Of a stretch of 64,000 bases of DNA, positions 33,636 to 50,161 are shown piece by piece. Source of the stretch: the human T2T-CHM13v2.0 reference genome, Homo sapiens; NCBI RefSeq assembly GCF_009914755.1, contig NC_060928.1; one strand, 5' to 3'. The notes beneath the pieces are model-generated. The model saw only the letters and a list, made by a program, of their open reading frames with translations, was not told the origin of the DNA and did not search any database. The position numbers and the translations under genes were made by a program. Each line of letters opens with the position of its first letter. The first letter of the stretch is position 1.

Positions 33636-35636
33636 ATATGTTTTTAACTCTCTAAATAATAATCAGGGAAAGAATTTGGCAAATGATTTGAATAGGCACT
33701 TCACCAAAGAAATGGTGGATGACAAACAAGCTCATGACAGGATGCTCAACATCATTAGTCCTTAGGGGAATACAAATTAAAGTCACAATGAGATATCTCT
33801 CCACACCTATTAGAATGGCTAAAATTTTAAAATCTGACCATCCCAAGTGCTAGTGAGGATGTGAAGGAACTGGAATGCTCATACACTGCTAATGGGAATA
33901 TATAATGAACCTACCACTTTGAAAAACAATTTGATGGTTTCTTAAATAGCAAACATATACCTACCACATGAGCTGGCCATTCCACTTTTAGGTATTACCC
34001 AAGATAAATGAAAGTATATGTCCATTTGTACATGAATATTCACAGCAACTTTATTTGTAAGAGCCAAAACTATACATAATCCAATGTTCATCAATAGGTA
34101 AATGGATAAGCCAATTATGGCACATTCACATAATAAAATACTCTCAGCAAAATAAAGAATGAACATTTATATACATTACAACATGGGTGAATAATAAATA
34201 ATGATGGGAAGAAACCAGACAAAAATGATTATAAATGCATGGTTTCATTGATAAAATTCTGGAAAATATGAACTAACTCCTAGTGACAGAGGACAAATCA
34301 GTGACTTCCTGGTGGTAGAAGTGAGGTACCCATGGAAAGATTATAACAGAGCCAACAAAACTTCTGAGAGTGATGGGCAAGTTCATTATCTTGATTGTGG
34401 TAACAGATTCACATGTATATGCCTATGTCAAAATCTGTCAAGTTGTACACTTTATAGCAATTTTACACTTTTATAGCAATTTATTGTATGTCAATTATAC
34501 TCCAATAAAGCTTTTTAAAAATAATGAGTGTTGATGTTTAAACAAACTAAATTACAAACTAAGAAGGATAAGCCAGGACTGTCATAAATTAATTTTTTCC
34601 TACCACAATTATGAACAAACAGTACATACTTATATAGTAGAGTGAATACATGGGTTTAATTTAAGGGATTTTTTTGCTATTTTTCCAATAGATATATTTG
34701 GAAGACACTATGTCTTCATTTTTCTAAAATTTTCTTCATATTCTAAATAAGATACAAGTAATCTTATTAATTTTTAAAAGGCAATACCAAAATAGATTTC
34801 AAGTGTTTCCAAGAGACAGTCAAACCAGGACAAAAATAATGGGGAAAATAAAATTAGCAAGCTAATTTGCAAGAATAAGCTAAGTAGTATTTCAAATAAT
34901 CCTAAAGGGAAATAAAGCTTTATCAGATGAAATTTTGCTAAGCATAATTTAGAAGGATGGTTCATATTTTATCTCAAAGTTTTTACCTAGGAGTCTCAAG
35001 ATTTATTTTTCTAAATCTTATCCTTTCCCAAAATTTCTTAAATCATTAGTTGACAGTGAACCACTTTAAATACTGGTTCCAAGATAATGAGGTAATTGTT
35101 TGTATTTGAAATGTACCTCAAAGTCAGTCAGAATATTAAGAAGGCTTTCAAAAGACTCAAATGTCAGAAATAATTCAGAATTTAAAAAAGAATTCAAACA
35201 GGATTTACAGCCCTCAAAAGGAGGGTTTTTACAAGCTGGTGACACTTCATTACTATATTATGAAGACTCATAATACAGTAACTCACTTTTCAAATTGAAC
35301 CCTAGAGTTTTACACATTTAACTCTAGTTGGGATCTTCCAGGTTTGAAGGCAAGTTTCCCAGCCTGGGGTAGTGGGGAAAGCACATGGATTCTTGCCCTT
35401 ATCAGCCATTACAAGCTGTAGGTTAGGCACTCCATAATATTCATTGAAAATGAGGGGCTTGGAATAGAAATTGTCTTATGTCGCCATCATTTTGTGAGTA
35501 TGTCTAAAAAGACAGTATCATTTCAGCACCATGGACAGTCACCATGGGTAGGAAAGGACACTGAACTTGAGGAGAAAAGCTAGTGGGGTTGTTTTAAAAG
35601 TTATTGTAAAAAAAAAAAAGTTCATGGATAGTTTTA

Positions 35637-35935
35637 TCTTTTGTTTTGTTTTTTGAGACAGGGTCTAACTCTGTCACTCAAGTGGAATGCAGTGGCACCA
35701 TCTCGGCTCACTGAAACTTTGCCTCCCAGGCTCCAGTGATCCTCCCACCTCAGCCTCCAGAGTAGTTAGGACTACAGGCACACACCACCATGACCAGCAA
35801 TTTTTTTGTATTTTTTGTAGAGATGGGGTTTCACCACGTTGCCCAGTCTGGTCTCAAACTCCTGGACTCAAGTGGCTCCCCCGCCTGGGCCTCCCAAAGC
35901 GCTGGGATTACAGGCACGAGCCACCACACCCAGCC
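35637..35935 (-). mobile_element. AluJ
   Basis: Antisense Alu with J-type gatcctcccacctcagcc; TSD gatagtttta at 35627-35636 and 35936-35945. Confidence 0.9.
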
Positions 35936-36539
35936 GATAGTTTTAATATTTCAAGTTAATGTGATGTTTATGGTAATAAGGAAATTTTTCCATTTTCATT
36001 GTTTGCAACATTTTTCAAAATGATCGACATCTTGGAATAAAACAGAAACTATTTGCCTTGAGAAGAAAACCTCCTGTATTTACTATCTAACTGTTCCAAT
36101 AAACGGTGATTGAAGATTTGTACAGAAAATGACTCAGGAAATAAAATAAACATACAAAAAGTTACCCAAAAAAGTGGAAAATGCATTAAAATTTATGCTT
36201 CTGTATTCTTCAACTGAATACTAGTAACTTGAAAAGCATGAACAGTTTTAACTGTATCAACTTAAGTCAGATATACACAAATATTTTTAATCAATTTAAA
36301 CAACGTTAAAGTTGCTAACACAATATATCTTAGAATTTACAATCAATGTCCCCTAAAATATTTAAGGGCCCAGTGCTTCCCCAGAGAAGGGAAAATCACA
36401 TTAGGGATACTAACATTCCTCCCTATCTACCCTCAATATTTAAAGCAAATGTAATCAGGTTAATATGAGAGTCAAATCTGAAAGCCTCCAAGGCCAAAGA
36501 GAAAAAGAGCCTATTAAAAAAAAAAAAAAAATAGCTTCT

Positions 36540-36805
36540 TGGTGGCTCACACCTGTAATCCCAGCACTTTGGGAGGCTGAGGCAGGCAGATCACTCGAGG
36601 TCAGGAGTTCAAGACCAGCTCGGTCAACATGGTGAAACCCTGTCTCTGCTAAAATTTAGCCCAGAGTGGTGGTGTGTGCCTGTAATCTCAGCTACTTGCA
36701 AGGCTTAGGCAGGAGAATCACTGGAACCCAAGAGGCAGAGGTTGCAGTGAGCTGAGATCATGCACTGTACTCCAGCCTGAGTGACAGAGAAAGACTGTCT
36801 CAAAA
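36540..36805 (+). mobile_element. AluS
   Basis: ggtggctcacacctgtaatcccagcactttgggaggc...gactgtctcaaaa. Confidence 0.92.
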
Positions 36806-37463
36806 TTAAAATTATAATTTAAATTTTAAAAAGCATCTTATATCCTTAAGTATACACTCATGGAATAGAATATCATTCAAGTTTTCTTAGTGATGATGAA
36901 AGAGATGGTGGAAGGGGAAGACCTGTGGAAAAAAGATGGTATAGTTTTACGCATTTATTCATTCATATATTCATTTTACAAGCTTGCTAACTGGAAAACA
37001 CTGCTATGTGCTGGGCACCCAACAATGAAGAAACAGATATAGTTATCACTCTCTAACATTGAGACTCTTGCTGGGATAACTTCACATTTGTTGAAGTGTG
37101 GAAGGAAGAGAGTGAATCTAGGGATAGCAAGAAAGCTTGCTAGACCTTTTCTGAGAAAGAGCTTTCTACTCTTACAAGACAGAAAGGAAAGAGAAAGGAG
37201 GGAGCCAAGATGGCCAAATAGGAACAGCTCCGGTCTACAGCTCCCAGCGTGAGCGATGCAGAAGACGGGTGATTTCTGCATTTCTGTCTGAGGTACCAGG
37301 TTCATCTCACTAGGGAGTGCCAGACAGTGGGCACGGGACAGTGGGTGCAGCGCACTGTGCGCGAGCCGAAGCAGGGCGAGGCATGCCTCACTTGGGAAGT
37401 GCAAGGGGTCAGGGAGTTCCCTTTCCTAGTCAAAGAAAGGGGTGACACACGGCACCTGGAAAA

Positions 37464-37646
37464 TCAGGTCACTCCCACCCCAATACTGTGCTTTTCCAAC
37501 GGGCTTAAAAAATGGCGCACCAGGAGATTATATCCCGCACCTGGCTCAGAGGGTCCTATGCCCACGGAGTCTCGCTGATTGCTAGCACAGCAGTCTGAGA
37601 TCAAACTGCAAGGCTGCAGTGAGGCTGGGGGAGAGGTGCCCGCCAT
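37464..37646 (-). pseudogene. L1 ORF0 homolog (antisense 5'UTR ORF), truncated at 60 aa
   Basis: MAGTSPPASLQPCSLISDCCASNQRDSVGIGPSEPG matches the primate ORF0 N-terminus; premature TGA. Confidence 0.8.
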
Positions 37647-38229
37647 TGCCCAGGCTTGCTTAGGTAAACAAAGCAGCTAGGAAGTTCCAACTGGATGGAG
37701 CCCACCACAGCTAAAGGAGGCCTTCCTGCCTCTGTAGGCTCCACCTCTGGGGGCAGGGCACAGACAAACAAAAAGACAGCAGTAACCTCTGCAGACTTAA
37801 ATGTCCCTGTCTGACAGCTTTGAAGAGAGCAGTGGTTCTCCCAGCACATATCTGGAGATCTGAGAACAGGCAGACTGCCTCCTCAAGTGGATCCCTGACC
37901 CCTGACCCCCGAGCAGCCTAACTGGGAGGCACCCCCCAGTAGGGGCAGACTGACACCTCACACAGCCAGGTACTCCTCTGGGACAAAATTTCCAGAGGAA
38001 CGATCAGACATCAGCATCTGCAGTTCACGAAAATGCGCTGTTCTGCAGCCACCACTGCTGGTATCCAGGCAAACAGGGTCTGGAGTGGACCTCTAGCAAA
38101 CTCCAACAGTACTGCAGCTGAAGGTCCTCTCTGTTAGAAGGAAAACTAACAAACAGAAAGGACATCAACACCAAAAACCCATCTGTACATCACCATCATT
38201 AAAGACCAAAAGTAGATAAAACCACAAAG

Positions 38230-39246
38230 ATGGGGAAAAAACAGAGCAGAAAAACTGGAAACTCTAAAAAGCAGAGCGCCTCTCCTCCTCCAAAGGAACG
38301 CAGCTCCTCACCAGCAACGGAACAAAGCTGGACGGAGAATGACTTTGACGAGTTGAGAGAAGAAGACTTCAGACGATCAAACTACTCCGAGCTACAGGAG
38401 GAAATTCAAACCAAAGGCAAAGAAGTTGAAAACTTTGAAAAAAATTTAGACGAATGGCTAACTAGAATAACCAATACAGAGACGTGCTTAAAGGAGCTGA
38501 TGGAGCTGAAAGCCAAGGCTCGAGAACTACGTGAAGAATGCAGAAGCCTCAGGAACCGATGCGATCAACTGGAAGAAAGGGTATCACTGATGGAAGATGA
38601 AATGAATGAAATGAAGTGACAAGGGAAGTTTAGAGAAAAAAGAATAAAAAGAAACAAACAAAGCCTCCAAGAAATATGGGACTATGTGAAAAGACCAAAT
38701 CTACGTCTGATTGTTATACCTGAAAGTGACGGGGAGAATGGAACCAAGTTGGAAGACACTCTGCAGGATATTATCCAGGAGAACTTCCCCAATCTAGCAA
38801 GGCAGGCCAACATTCAGATTCAGGAAATACAGAGAATGCCACAAAGATACTTCTCGAGAAGAGCAACTCCAAGACACACAATTGTCAGATTCACCAAAGT
38901 TGAAATGAAGGAAAAAATGTTAAGGACAGCCAGAGAGAAAGGTCGGGTTACCCACAAAGGGAAGCCCATCAGACTAACAGCGGATCTCTCAACAGAAACT
39001 CTACAAGCCAGAAGAGAGTGGGGGCCAATATTCAACATTCTTAAAGAAAAGAATTTTCAACCCAGAATTTCGTATCCAGCCAAACTAAGCTTCATAAGTG
39101 AAGGAGAAATAAAATCCTTTACAGACAAGCAAATGCTGAGAGATTTTGTCACCACAAGGCCTGCCCTACAAGAGCTCCTGAAGGAAGCGCTAAACAAGGA
39201 AAGGAACAACCAGTACCAGCCACTGCAAAAACATGCCAAATTGTAA
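38230..39246 (+). pseudogene. L1 ORF1p, split by a nonsense codon at 38617-38619
   Basis: MGKKQSRKTGNSKKQSASPPPKERSSSP...; TGA where CGA is expected; frame continues to RPNLRL...ISYPAKLSF. Confidence 0.93.
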
Positions 39247-39294
39247 AGACCATTGATGGTAGGAAGAAACTGTATCAACTAACGAGCAAAATAA

Positions 39295-42202
<2,908 letters not shown>

Positions 42203-43404
42203 ACAATGAGAACACCTGGACACAGGAAGGGGAACATCACACTCTGGGGACTGTTGTGGGTTGGGGGGAGGGGGGATGGATAGCTTTAGGAGATATACCT
42301 AATGCTAAATGACAAGTTAATGGGTGCAGCACACCAGCATGGCACATGTATACATATGTAACTAACCTGCACATTGTGCACATGTACCCTAAAACTTAAA
42401 GTATAATAATAATTTTAAAAAAAAAGAAAGAGAAATAAAGAGAAAGAGATAGCTGTGCATTGTCTCAAGTGGGAGTTTTTCCTGGCTGTTATCATTTTAG
42501 AAGGAAGAAAGGAAGAAGAAAAAGAGACAAACATATGCATATAGTGACTTTACCTACTCTCATATATGGCCCATCTGAGACCTGCAACCTGTTAGGTCTG
42601 TATTCTTCCACCTCGGAGTCCAATGGGGAAGTTAACTAATTTGATAAGATGAAAGGGCATTGGGCACCCTCCCTAGAGGATAATGGTATAATTCTCTATT
42701 CAACTTTCTTTTTAAAGGAAATGTCTTGATTACAATATAATTTTTACATATGGGTAAACATATATTTGTCCATTATCTTTTCAACAGATCTTTCTCAGAA
42801 AGCTTTACCACTCAAAAAATAATCAAGCCAGTCTTGATATTAAAAAGGCAAGCACCCATATATGATGTTTTAAAGGGAATGGAATATATTTGCATTGCAC
42901 AGAAGCAAATTTTAGAGTTTAAAATACTAACATATGCATTTAATATAGTAATGTGTACTCTGTATGTTACTATAGTAATTCTGTACTAGAAATCAGAATT
43001 AGAGCAAAGATCATCTTAGTACATTATAAAAATGCAGGAAAACTAACACAACTAGCTGGTGTGAGTGACTGTTGTTATGTATCAGTATAAAAGTATAAAA
43101 ACTAAAGCCAATAAACAGATTAATTTTCAAGGTTTTATTCACAAGAAAAGTGATGATGTTTCATAGTAAAATTGATTTAAACTATCATGTTATTGATTTG
43201 TTTACCTAAACAGTTTCACTTTTTAATTTATTAAAGAGCTAATATTGAATTGATAATCCAATTGGGTTTTCTAGATGCAAACCGAAATAGAAAAAATTAT
43301 CACCACACTCTCTCACACAATATATAGCAAAATAATAGTTCCAATGCATAAGCCATCTAGCCTAGCAACTATGAACTGGATAAAACACAGATTAGACCTA
43401 ACCT

Positions 43405-43722
43405 CCTTTCTTTCTTTCTTTCTTTTCTTTTTTTTTTTTTTGACACAGGGTCTCTCTCACCCTGTTGCCCAGGCTGCAGTGCAGTGGTGCAGTGGCTCAC
43501 TGCAGCCTCAAGCAATCCTATCACCTCAGCCATCTGAGCAGCTGGGACTACAGGCATGCACCACCAGACCCAGCTAATTTTTTTTTTTACTATTTTTTTT
43601 TGGTAGAGATAGGGTCTCACTACCTTGCCCAGAGTGGTCTCAAACTCCTGGACTCAAGCAATCCTCCTACCTTAGCCTCCTCAAGTGTTAAGATTAGAGA
43701 CATGAGCCACCATACCCAGCCC
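43405..43722 (-). mobile_element. AluJ
   Basis: Diverged antisense Alu with (CTTT)n/poly(T) tail. Confidence 0.88.
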
Positions 43723-44465
43723 AAACTCCCTTTCTTATTCCTGAAATACTAAATGAACACCTACTGCGGTTTCATTTATTTGTCAAATATTACTGAACAA
43801 TTATCATTTTCCCTGCCCACATGTAAGAGGTAGAAGAGACTGTTTAAAAAATGTAAGTTTCTACCCTCGACTTCAGGGCCCTACCCTTTAATTGAAGGCA
43901 TTATCTAGTAGGTCCTAACAGTTGGCTTAAACAGAAAATTTTACCCTGTTTATTTTTCAATTTGGGTATCATCTCTACCCTATCTCCCTTGCATTAGGCT
44001 ATTATTATGTTAAGGGCAGAAACACTGACACTTTCTGTGTAACAACCACTCCAATTCTCAGGGTGCACATACCACATACACAATAGAAAATAAAATATTT
44101 TTCTGATATGAAACAGTGAAGACAGACCAATTCCCTGGAAACTCTTTTAATAATAAAATCTATTTGGGGACTGGGATTCTTTTCTAAATGTTTTTATAAT
44201 TTATCACTCAGCACAAGTATAAGTTACATTTTCTAAACCAAAAAGCACTATGCAGCAAAAAATTCTCTTATGAATAAACAAATTTAAAAACAGTGTTAAT
44301 ATCATCATAACATTGTTTTGTTTGGCTGACGTGACAGGTGATTTATTGTAAACTGAAATTCCTCACTTGCACCTAATTCCCCTTTTAAAAATAAATCGAA
44401 ACCCAAAACCACTAGCTTTAGAATCATGAGATGAGATTTAAGACCCAGCTTTGCCACATGTTAGT

Positions 44466-44802
44466 TGCTATGGTCTGAATATTTAAGTCCTTCCGAAATT
44501 CATATGTTAAAATCCTCAACCCCAAGGTGATTGAGTTAGAAATTGGGACTTTGAGAGGTGATTAGGTCATGGGCTCAGAGCTCTCAGGAGTGGCATTTGT
44601 GCTCTTATAAGAGGCCTAAGAGAGTCTCCTTACCTTTTCCATCAAGTGAGGTTAAACTGAAAGACAGCTTCTGTGAGGACACACAGAATCTGCCTGGCAC
44701 CTTGATTTTGGACAACCTCCAGAGCTAGGAAAAGTAAATTTCTGTTAATTATAATGCTCAGTTTATGGTATTTTGTGGTAGCAGCCCAAATGAACCAATA
44801 CA
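44466..44802 (+). mobile_element. MLT1A-like MaLR LTR inside a MIR
   Basis: tgctatggtctgaatattt...gaaattcatatgttaaaatcc...gcagcccaaatgaaccaataca; MIR halves on both sides. Confidence 0.8.
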
Positions 44803-45189
44803 GTAGTTGTCTGACCTTGGGCAACTCAGATCTAACTTCTTGGGGATTCAAATTCCTCACTTCCAAGTTAAGAAGTAGAGATGCAATGCATTTTGTGCTC
44901 CACTACATCTGTAAACACTCTACTGTTTTAAGACTGACATTTACAGAAGCTCTAATAATATCCTCATTCAACCCAAATCACTTTTCATTTAACTACAAAT
45001 TGCAACAAAAACAAGTTACATCTTTATATATCATTCTTGTGATTTCATGTTGTGAATTTATCCACTTTTACATGCATGTATAATGAAGCACACAGCATTT
45101 TAATGAATTGACAGAATTGTTTACAAACCAGTCATTCAGATGGTCACTTTTATCTTTCAAGCAGAAGCTGCTACTGTTCCTCTATCATT

Positions 45190-45665
45190 CAGGGTTCTAG
45201 TAGGAAATACATGTCATATTCAAAAAAGGTAACTTAAGGAAAATTCAATAAAATTTTGACTATTTACAAAGATGTAGAAAAGATGTAGGAAAACCACAAG
45301 GCATTGTGCAATATTTTGAGGCAAGTAACATGCCCAATTACCAACCCTAAAGTAGCAAGAGAAGGGACAATGACGGGAAACTGGAGACAGGCTGTGTGGT
45401 GACGACCACCTTACAGGAGCTGTGATCTTAGGTAGAGGGACAGAGTCAGCCCAAGGAGGTCTCACATGTAGGGAGCAGTGTTAACAAATGTCTGCCCGCC
45501 CAATTTTCACTGCCTCCAGTCTCTCTCAACAATACTCCTCATTGGCCAAACCCAGTTAGAAACTGAGGCCAAGAGAACTCTATTGCTGTATTTCATGCAG
45601 GTTGGCTTCCTGGAACTTGTGATGGGGAAGGTCAAGAACTGCAGGGGTAAAGGAAAGACCTAACA
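45190..45665 (-). mobile_element. LTR33-like ERVL LTR
   Basis: gactatttacaaagatgt...gtaggaaaaccacaagg...ctcctcattggccaaaccc. Confidence 0.55.
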
Positions 45666-48345
45666 CACTCCTCTTCCCTCTACTTATAAATGGGCTAGAT
45701 TCTCAAAGAGCTTCTTTAATGATGTCATGAGTGCAAACTACTTGTCCAGTGAGCTCATGTAAAGTGCTAGATCCCTTCCAAATTCTAACTATGTATTTAA
45801 TGTTCAAATAATCTTTATTCTGACACCAAGAGCCTATTAGAACCCTCTAATGTAGTCATCTGGGATAATTTTAAATCTCTACAGGTTTGCACAAAGAATG
45901 TAAGCAAACCAATTGCTTAAGTTGGAAGAAATGTCAATGTTATAGTAAAGATTGATTTTCTATACACTCTCTCTAATTAGTTGCTTTGGACATCAATGGG
46001 TTGCACAAAATGAGCTATAATGATTTCTCTGATTAAGTAGCTCCAGCAACCCAGAAATGTTGGAGCACAGCATTATTAACTCTTTGATGGGCTATCCATG
46101 AAGAGCCATGCCAAGCTGTAAAAAATATCAAAATGCTCTAGGGGATAGCAGAATAAAAGTGAACAACAGGAGATGGGAGTTCAAAAGGAGGTTTCATTTA
46201 AACCTCTAGGAAAGACAAGGAGCATATCCATCAATATAGAAAGAAAAATATTGCTAACTGAATATTTGCTACCATGCGCCAGGCACTGAGTGAAAGCTAA
46301 GTGTTTTCACATCATATCTCATTTAATTTGCAGCACAGTGCAGTGAGATATTTTCATTTAGAGCATTTTACATACGAGGAAAGTAATTTGCCTAAGGCAC
46401 TACAAAACGAAATCAGAAAATCCAATAAAGATCCATTATTTGAAAAAGGTTTTACAACCAGATACAACCTCAGACATAATCTCAATTTTTACCATTTTTA
46501 ATCATTATTTGTGTCTTAGAAAGTAGCAAGATACAAATGATAATGTATTCTGCCTACTTATAGCATGAATCTGGAAAAGCATTATTTCTTCTATAATAAA
46601 CTCCTTTTGAAGAAATATTTTAAGTGGTGTCACAGCACTTCGAAGCATGTTAGGAAAAGAGTTAGCTCATGAAATCTTTACCCTAGAACAGACATAGTGG
46701 TTTTCCACCACACCTCAGCTCAGAATAGGACTCTATTTTTGTGCTTAGAAATCAAGCTTCCTCAAGTAAACTTGGGGCAGAGACCACATCTTGTTCTATT
46801 TGTAATCCTTACAGCACCAAGCACACATATGGAACACATAATTGGGACTAACTAAAAACTTGTTTAATGAACAATCAGCATAGCACAGTATGTGGTGGCT
46901 AAGAGACTTCACAAAGAAAAATAAACACTGGTCTATTTACCCCCCCAAAAAAAATCAAACCAATCTTCTATCACTGAAAGTGCTCTGGAGTCTAATTTGG
47001 TTTCTATGTGGGCTGAGGACAAAGTATATAGTAGGTGTCTTCTCCTAAGCCTTTCTCACTCCCATCACATGTCCACTCAATGCCTGCCCTCCAAAAAAGT
47101 TAATACAGGAGGGACCAGGCTAAAATGTAATTCAAGCCCAATCACGAAGTAGAAAATAAGAAAAATAAGAAGAGAGGTAACATCTAATGTTAATTACATG
47201 CCAGGCATAGTGCTTAACACTTTGTATATATTTCTTCATTAAATCTTCATAATAACCACTGTCCTCACCTTACAGATGAAGACACTGAAGCTTAGAGATG
47301 TTAAGTACCTTGTCTACGATCCTACAGATGGTAAGTATCAGGTGAGAATAATGATTCAAATTTAAACTCCAGAAGATAATCACTTAAAAGGCAGCCTTAG
47401 GTACAGGAAGTGGGAAGTGCCACCTCTTTGCATTGGTGATGTTAAAGTCATCACTGAGATGGTTAATATATATGAGTCTTGCTTGCCTCCTTACACTGGT
47501 GAGAGCACACAGTTAATACCCAGGTTACCCTAGAAAGAATGGAAGAACTTGGGACAGAAGACCTACAGCTAACGTCCTAGCTCCATCAGTTTCTGCCTGT
47601 TGTTATGTCAGTACATTCACCTTACCTCTCTGGACCTCAGCTTCTAAATGTGTCAAATGGGAATAATAAGGTATCAAAAGCTGTTAAGAGAGATTTGGTC
47701 AAAGTACTTCAAAATCTACAAAGCACTGTGCCAAGAAATGTGTTGATTATTCTCTACCACTGATAAAGCTCTCAGTCAGCAGAACAGAAGGTTCCAAAAC
47801 ATAAAATCCTGGGTCATCACCCCAACCAGCTGCACCTTAGGAATGATTTTTCCAGATAGAAAAATATAACTATTCTCTACAGTTCATGGCTTAGGTACTC
47901 TTTACCCAGTGATATAAAGAAATTGAAGGAAGAGATGAGGATGGTCAGAAATGACAGGTGTGATTTGTACTAATGTTGTGAGACAAAAAAGGCTTGGGAA
48001 TGATTTTGGAAACGTATAATCAAAGCTGCTCCCATTTGTATTCATATAAATGTGCAAGGCCAGAGATGTTAAGGCCCTTTAATAATGATGGAATTTTTTG
48101 TTTAAATAACAATAACATTTTATGGCATTTAGGTGCACCCTGCATTGTCCCAAACTGTATTTGAGATAGATACCTTACATTTTTGTAATACTTCATGATT
48201 TTCAAAAATTTCATATTAATGATTTCAATTGATGATGACTTTCCAGTGCTATCTTTTTATTGTATATATTTAAGGTAAACAACATAAGGTTTGGATGTAC
48301 TGCAGTCAATCAAATTTACATATCAATCATCTCACATAGACACCC

Positions 48346-48347
<2 letters not shown>

Positions 48348-48399
<52 letters not shown>
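48348..48399 (+). repeat. (TG)n microsatellite, ~26 units, within an antisense L1MA-like fragment (~48255-48570)
   Basis: Perfect dinucleotide run. Confidence 0.97.
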
Positions 48400-48400
<1 letters not shown>

Positions 48401-48690
48401 TAAGGGCATGTAAAATCTACTCTCTCCACAAAAATGCCATTATTATACAACGGTATGTTTTACACTCAATCTCTAGACTTACTTACCCTACATACCTGCA
48501 AGTTTGTATCCTTTGTCCTAAATCTCCCCATTTCCTGCTCACACCCGAATCCCTGATAAACATTACCCTATTAAGAAGGAAAGCTTACATGGAAAAAGGT
48601 AGTAAATTAAATATCTGCAAAACCATTTGGACAATTTTGCTCTTTTCCAATAGTTAATATTTCTTAATTCCTTGTTCTTTAGTTTTCCAT

Positions 48691-48733
48691 CTCTAAATAG
48701 GGTAAAATAGCTCTAAATAGGGTAAAATAGCTC
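48691..48733 (+). repeat. 20-bp perfect tandem duplication
   Basis: ctctaaatagggtaaaatag x2 followed by ctc. Confidence 0.92.
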
Positions 48734-49785
48734 CCTGAAATTTTTCTGTTTCTAGTAAAATAATGTACGTAAGGTGCTTTGGTAAATTCTAAAGAACCAT
48801 TACTATTGTTTATCGTCCATCAACGCTACAAAGTGAGAGCATTTTTCTTAGTCACTCCAACCCACAGCAATTACAAATCAAAGACACAAGCCAAGGTAAG
48901 CCAAGAAAAGTCCTCCTCCCATTTGTCTAGGAAGTAGTCATATGTAAGGAAAGTCTACACAACATGCAGAGAGAGGGAGTTGCATTAACTAGGAACCCCA
49001 GAGGGTCTGCCCAGCTGCGTGGACGTGCAAACCTGGCACCAAACAAATAGACTCCTAAAATCACAGGAGGCATCAAGAGTGCTCACCCAGCCATCTGACA
49101 TACTCACAGCATCTGGGCACAAGAAAACTGTCTTCCCCAAGTCCCTCTTCCCTGCCCCCCATCTTCCCCAGTCACACATGCAAACAATCTGGACAGTCCA
49201 TAAGGTAGAGGATAATTTTAGGGAGTTCCCCAGGGCTTGGCTGGATGCTTTCCAATCATTTCTTTCTGGCCTGTGAAATCAGATGCACTATTTCTTTATA
49301 CATGAGAAAAAATGAAATCAGTTTCTATTTGCAGAGTAAGATGGAAAAAAATGAAGTTGCACATAGCTATGTCACAGATTCTTAGAAAGGAACTCCCTAA
49401 GCTGGAGGACAGGAAGGAGGCACAACAGAAACTCCCTTTCTAAAGGAAAGGAAGTTCTATTTGTTAACCTCTGAGAACTATCCTATGAGACTGGCCTCAG
49501 GTACACAAAGCACGTTTTAAGGTTTGGAGCAAAGTTGGTAAATAAAATCAGTGAGGTTTCTTGAGTCACTTTACTGGTCATGATGTGGTTTAATCATCAT
49601 GGCCATTTGAGGCACAAATCACTGTGTGTCCGTCTTTCTGTCTGCATGTGGCTCTGTGTGTGACTGACCTCTCTATACCACCCCACTTTCTCCTAACAGA
49701 TAAACAACTTTTTAACGCATATAAAATGTCGTTAAAATGAACATTAAAAGTAAGCTCATTGGGGGAAAAAAAATGGCTTGGTGGG

Positions 49786-50161
49786 TGTTCTGTTCTCCTG
49801 CTGCTGTAAGGACATACCAGAGACTGGGTGATTTATAAGGAAAGAGGTTTAATTGGCTCACAGTTCCGAGGGCTAGGGAGGCCTCAGGAAGCTTACAATC
49901 ACGGTGGAAGGGGAAGTAAACAAGTCCTTCTTCACATGGCAGCAACAAGAAGAATGAGCGGGGGTCGGGGTGTAGGGTTGGGGAGTCCCTTATAAAACTA
50001 TCAGATATCGTGAGAACTCACTCACTATCATGAGAACAGCATGGAGGTAACTGCCCCCATGATTCAATTACCTCCCACTGGGTCCCTCCCACGACACGTG
50101 GGAATCATGGGAACTACAATTCAAGATGAGACTTAGGTGGGGACACAGCAAAATCATATCA
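49786..50161 (-). mobile_element. THE1-family solo LTR
   Basis: gagactgggtgatttataaggaaagaggtttaattggctcacagttcc...gggacacagcaaaatcatatca; 5-bp TSD GTGGG at 49781-49785 and 50162-50166. Confidence 0.88.
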
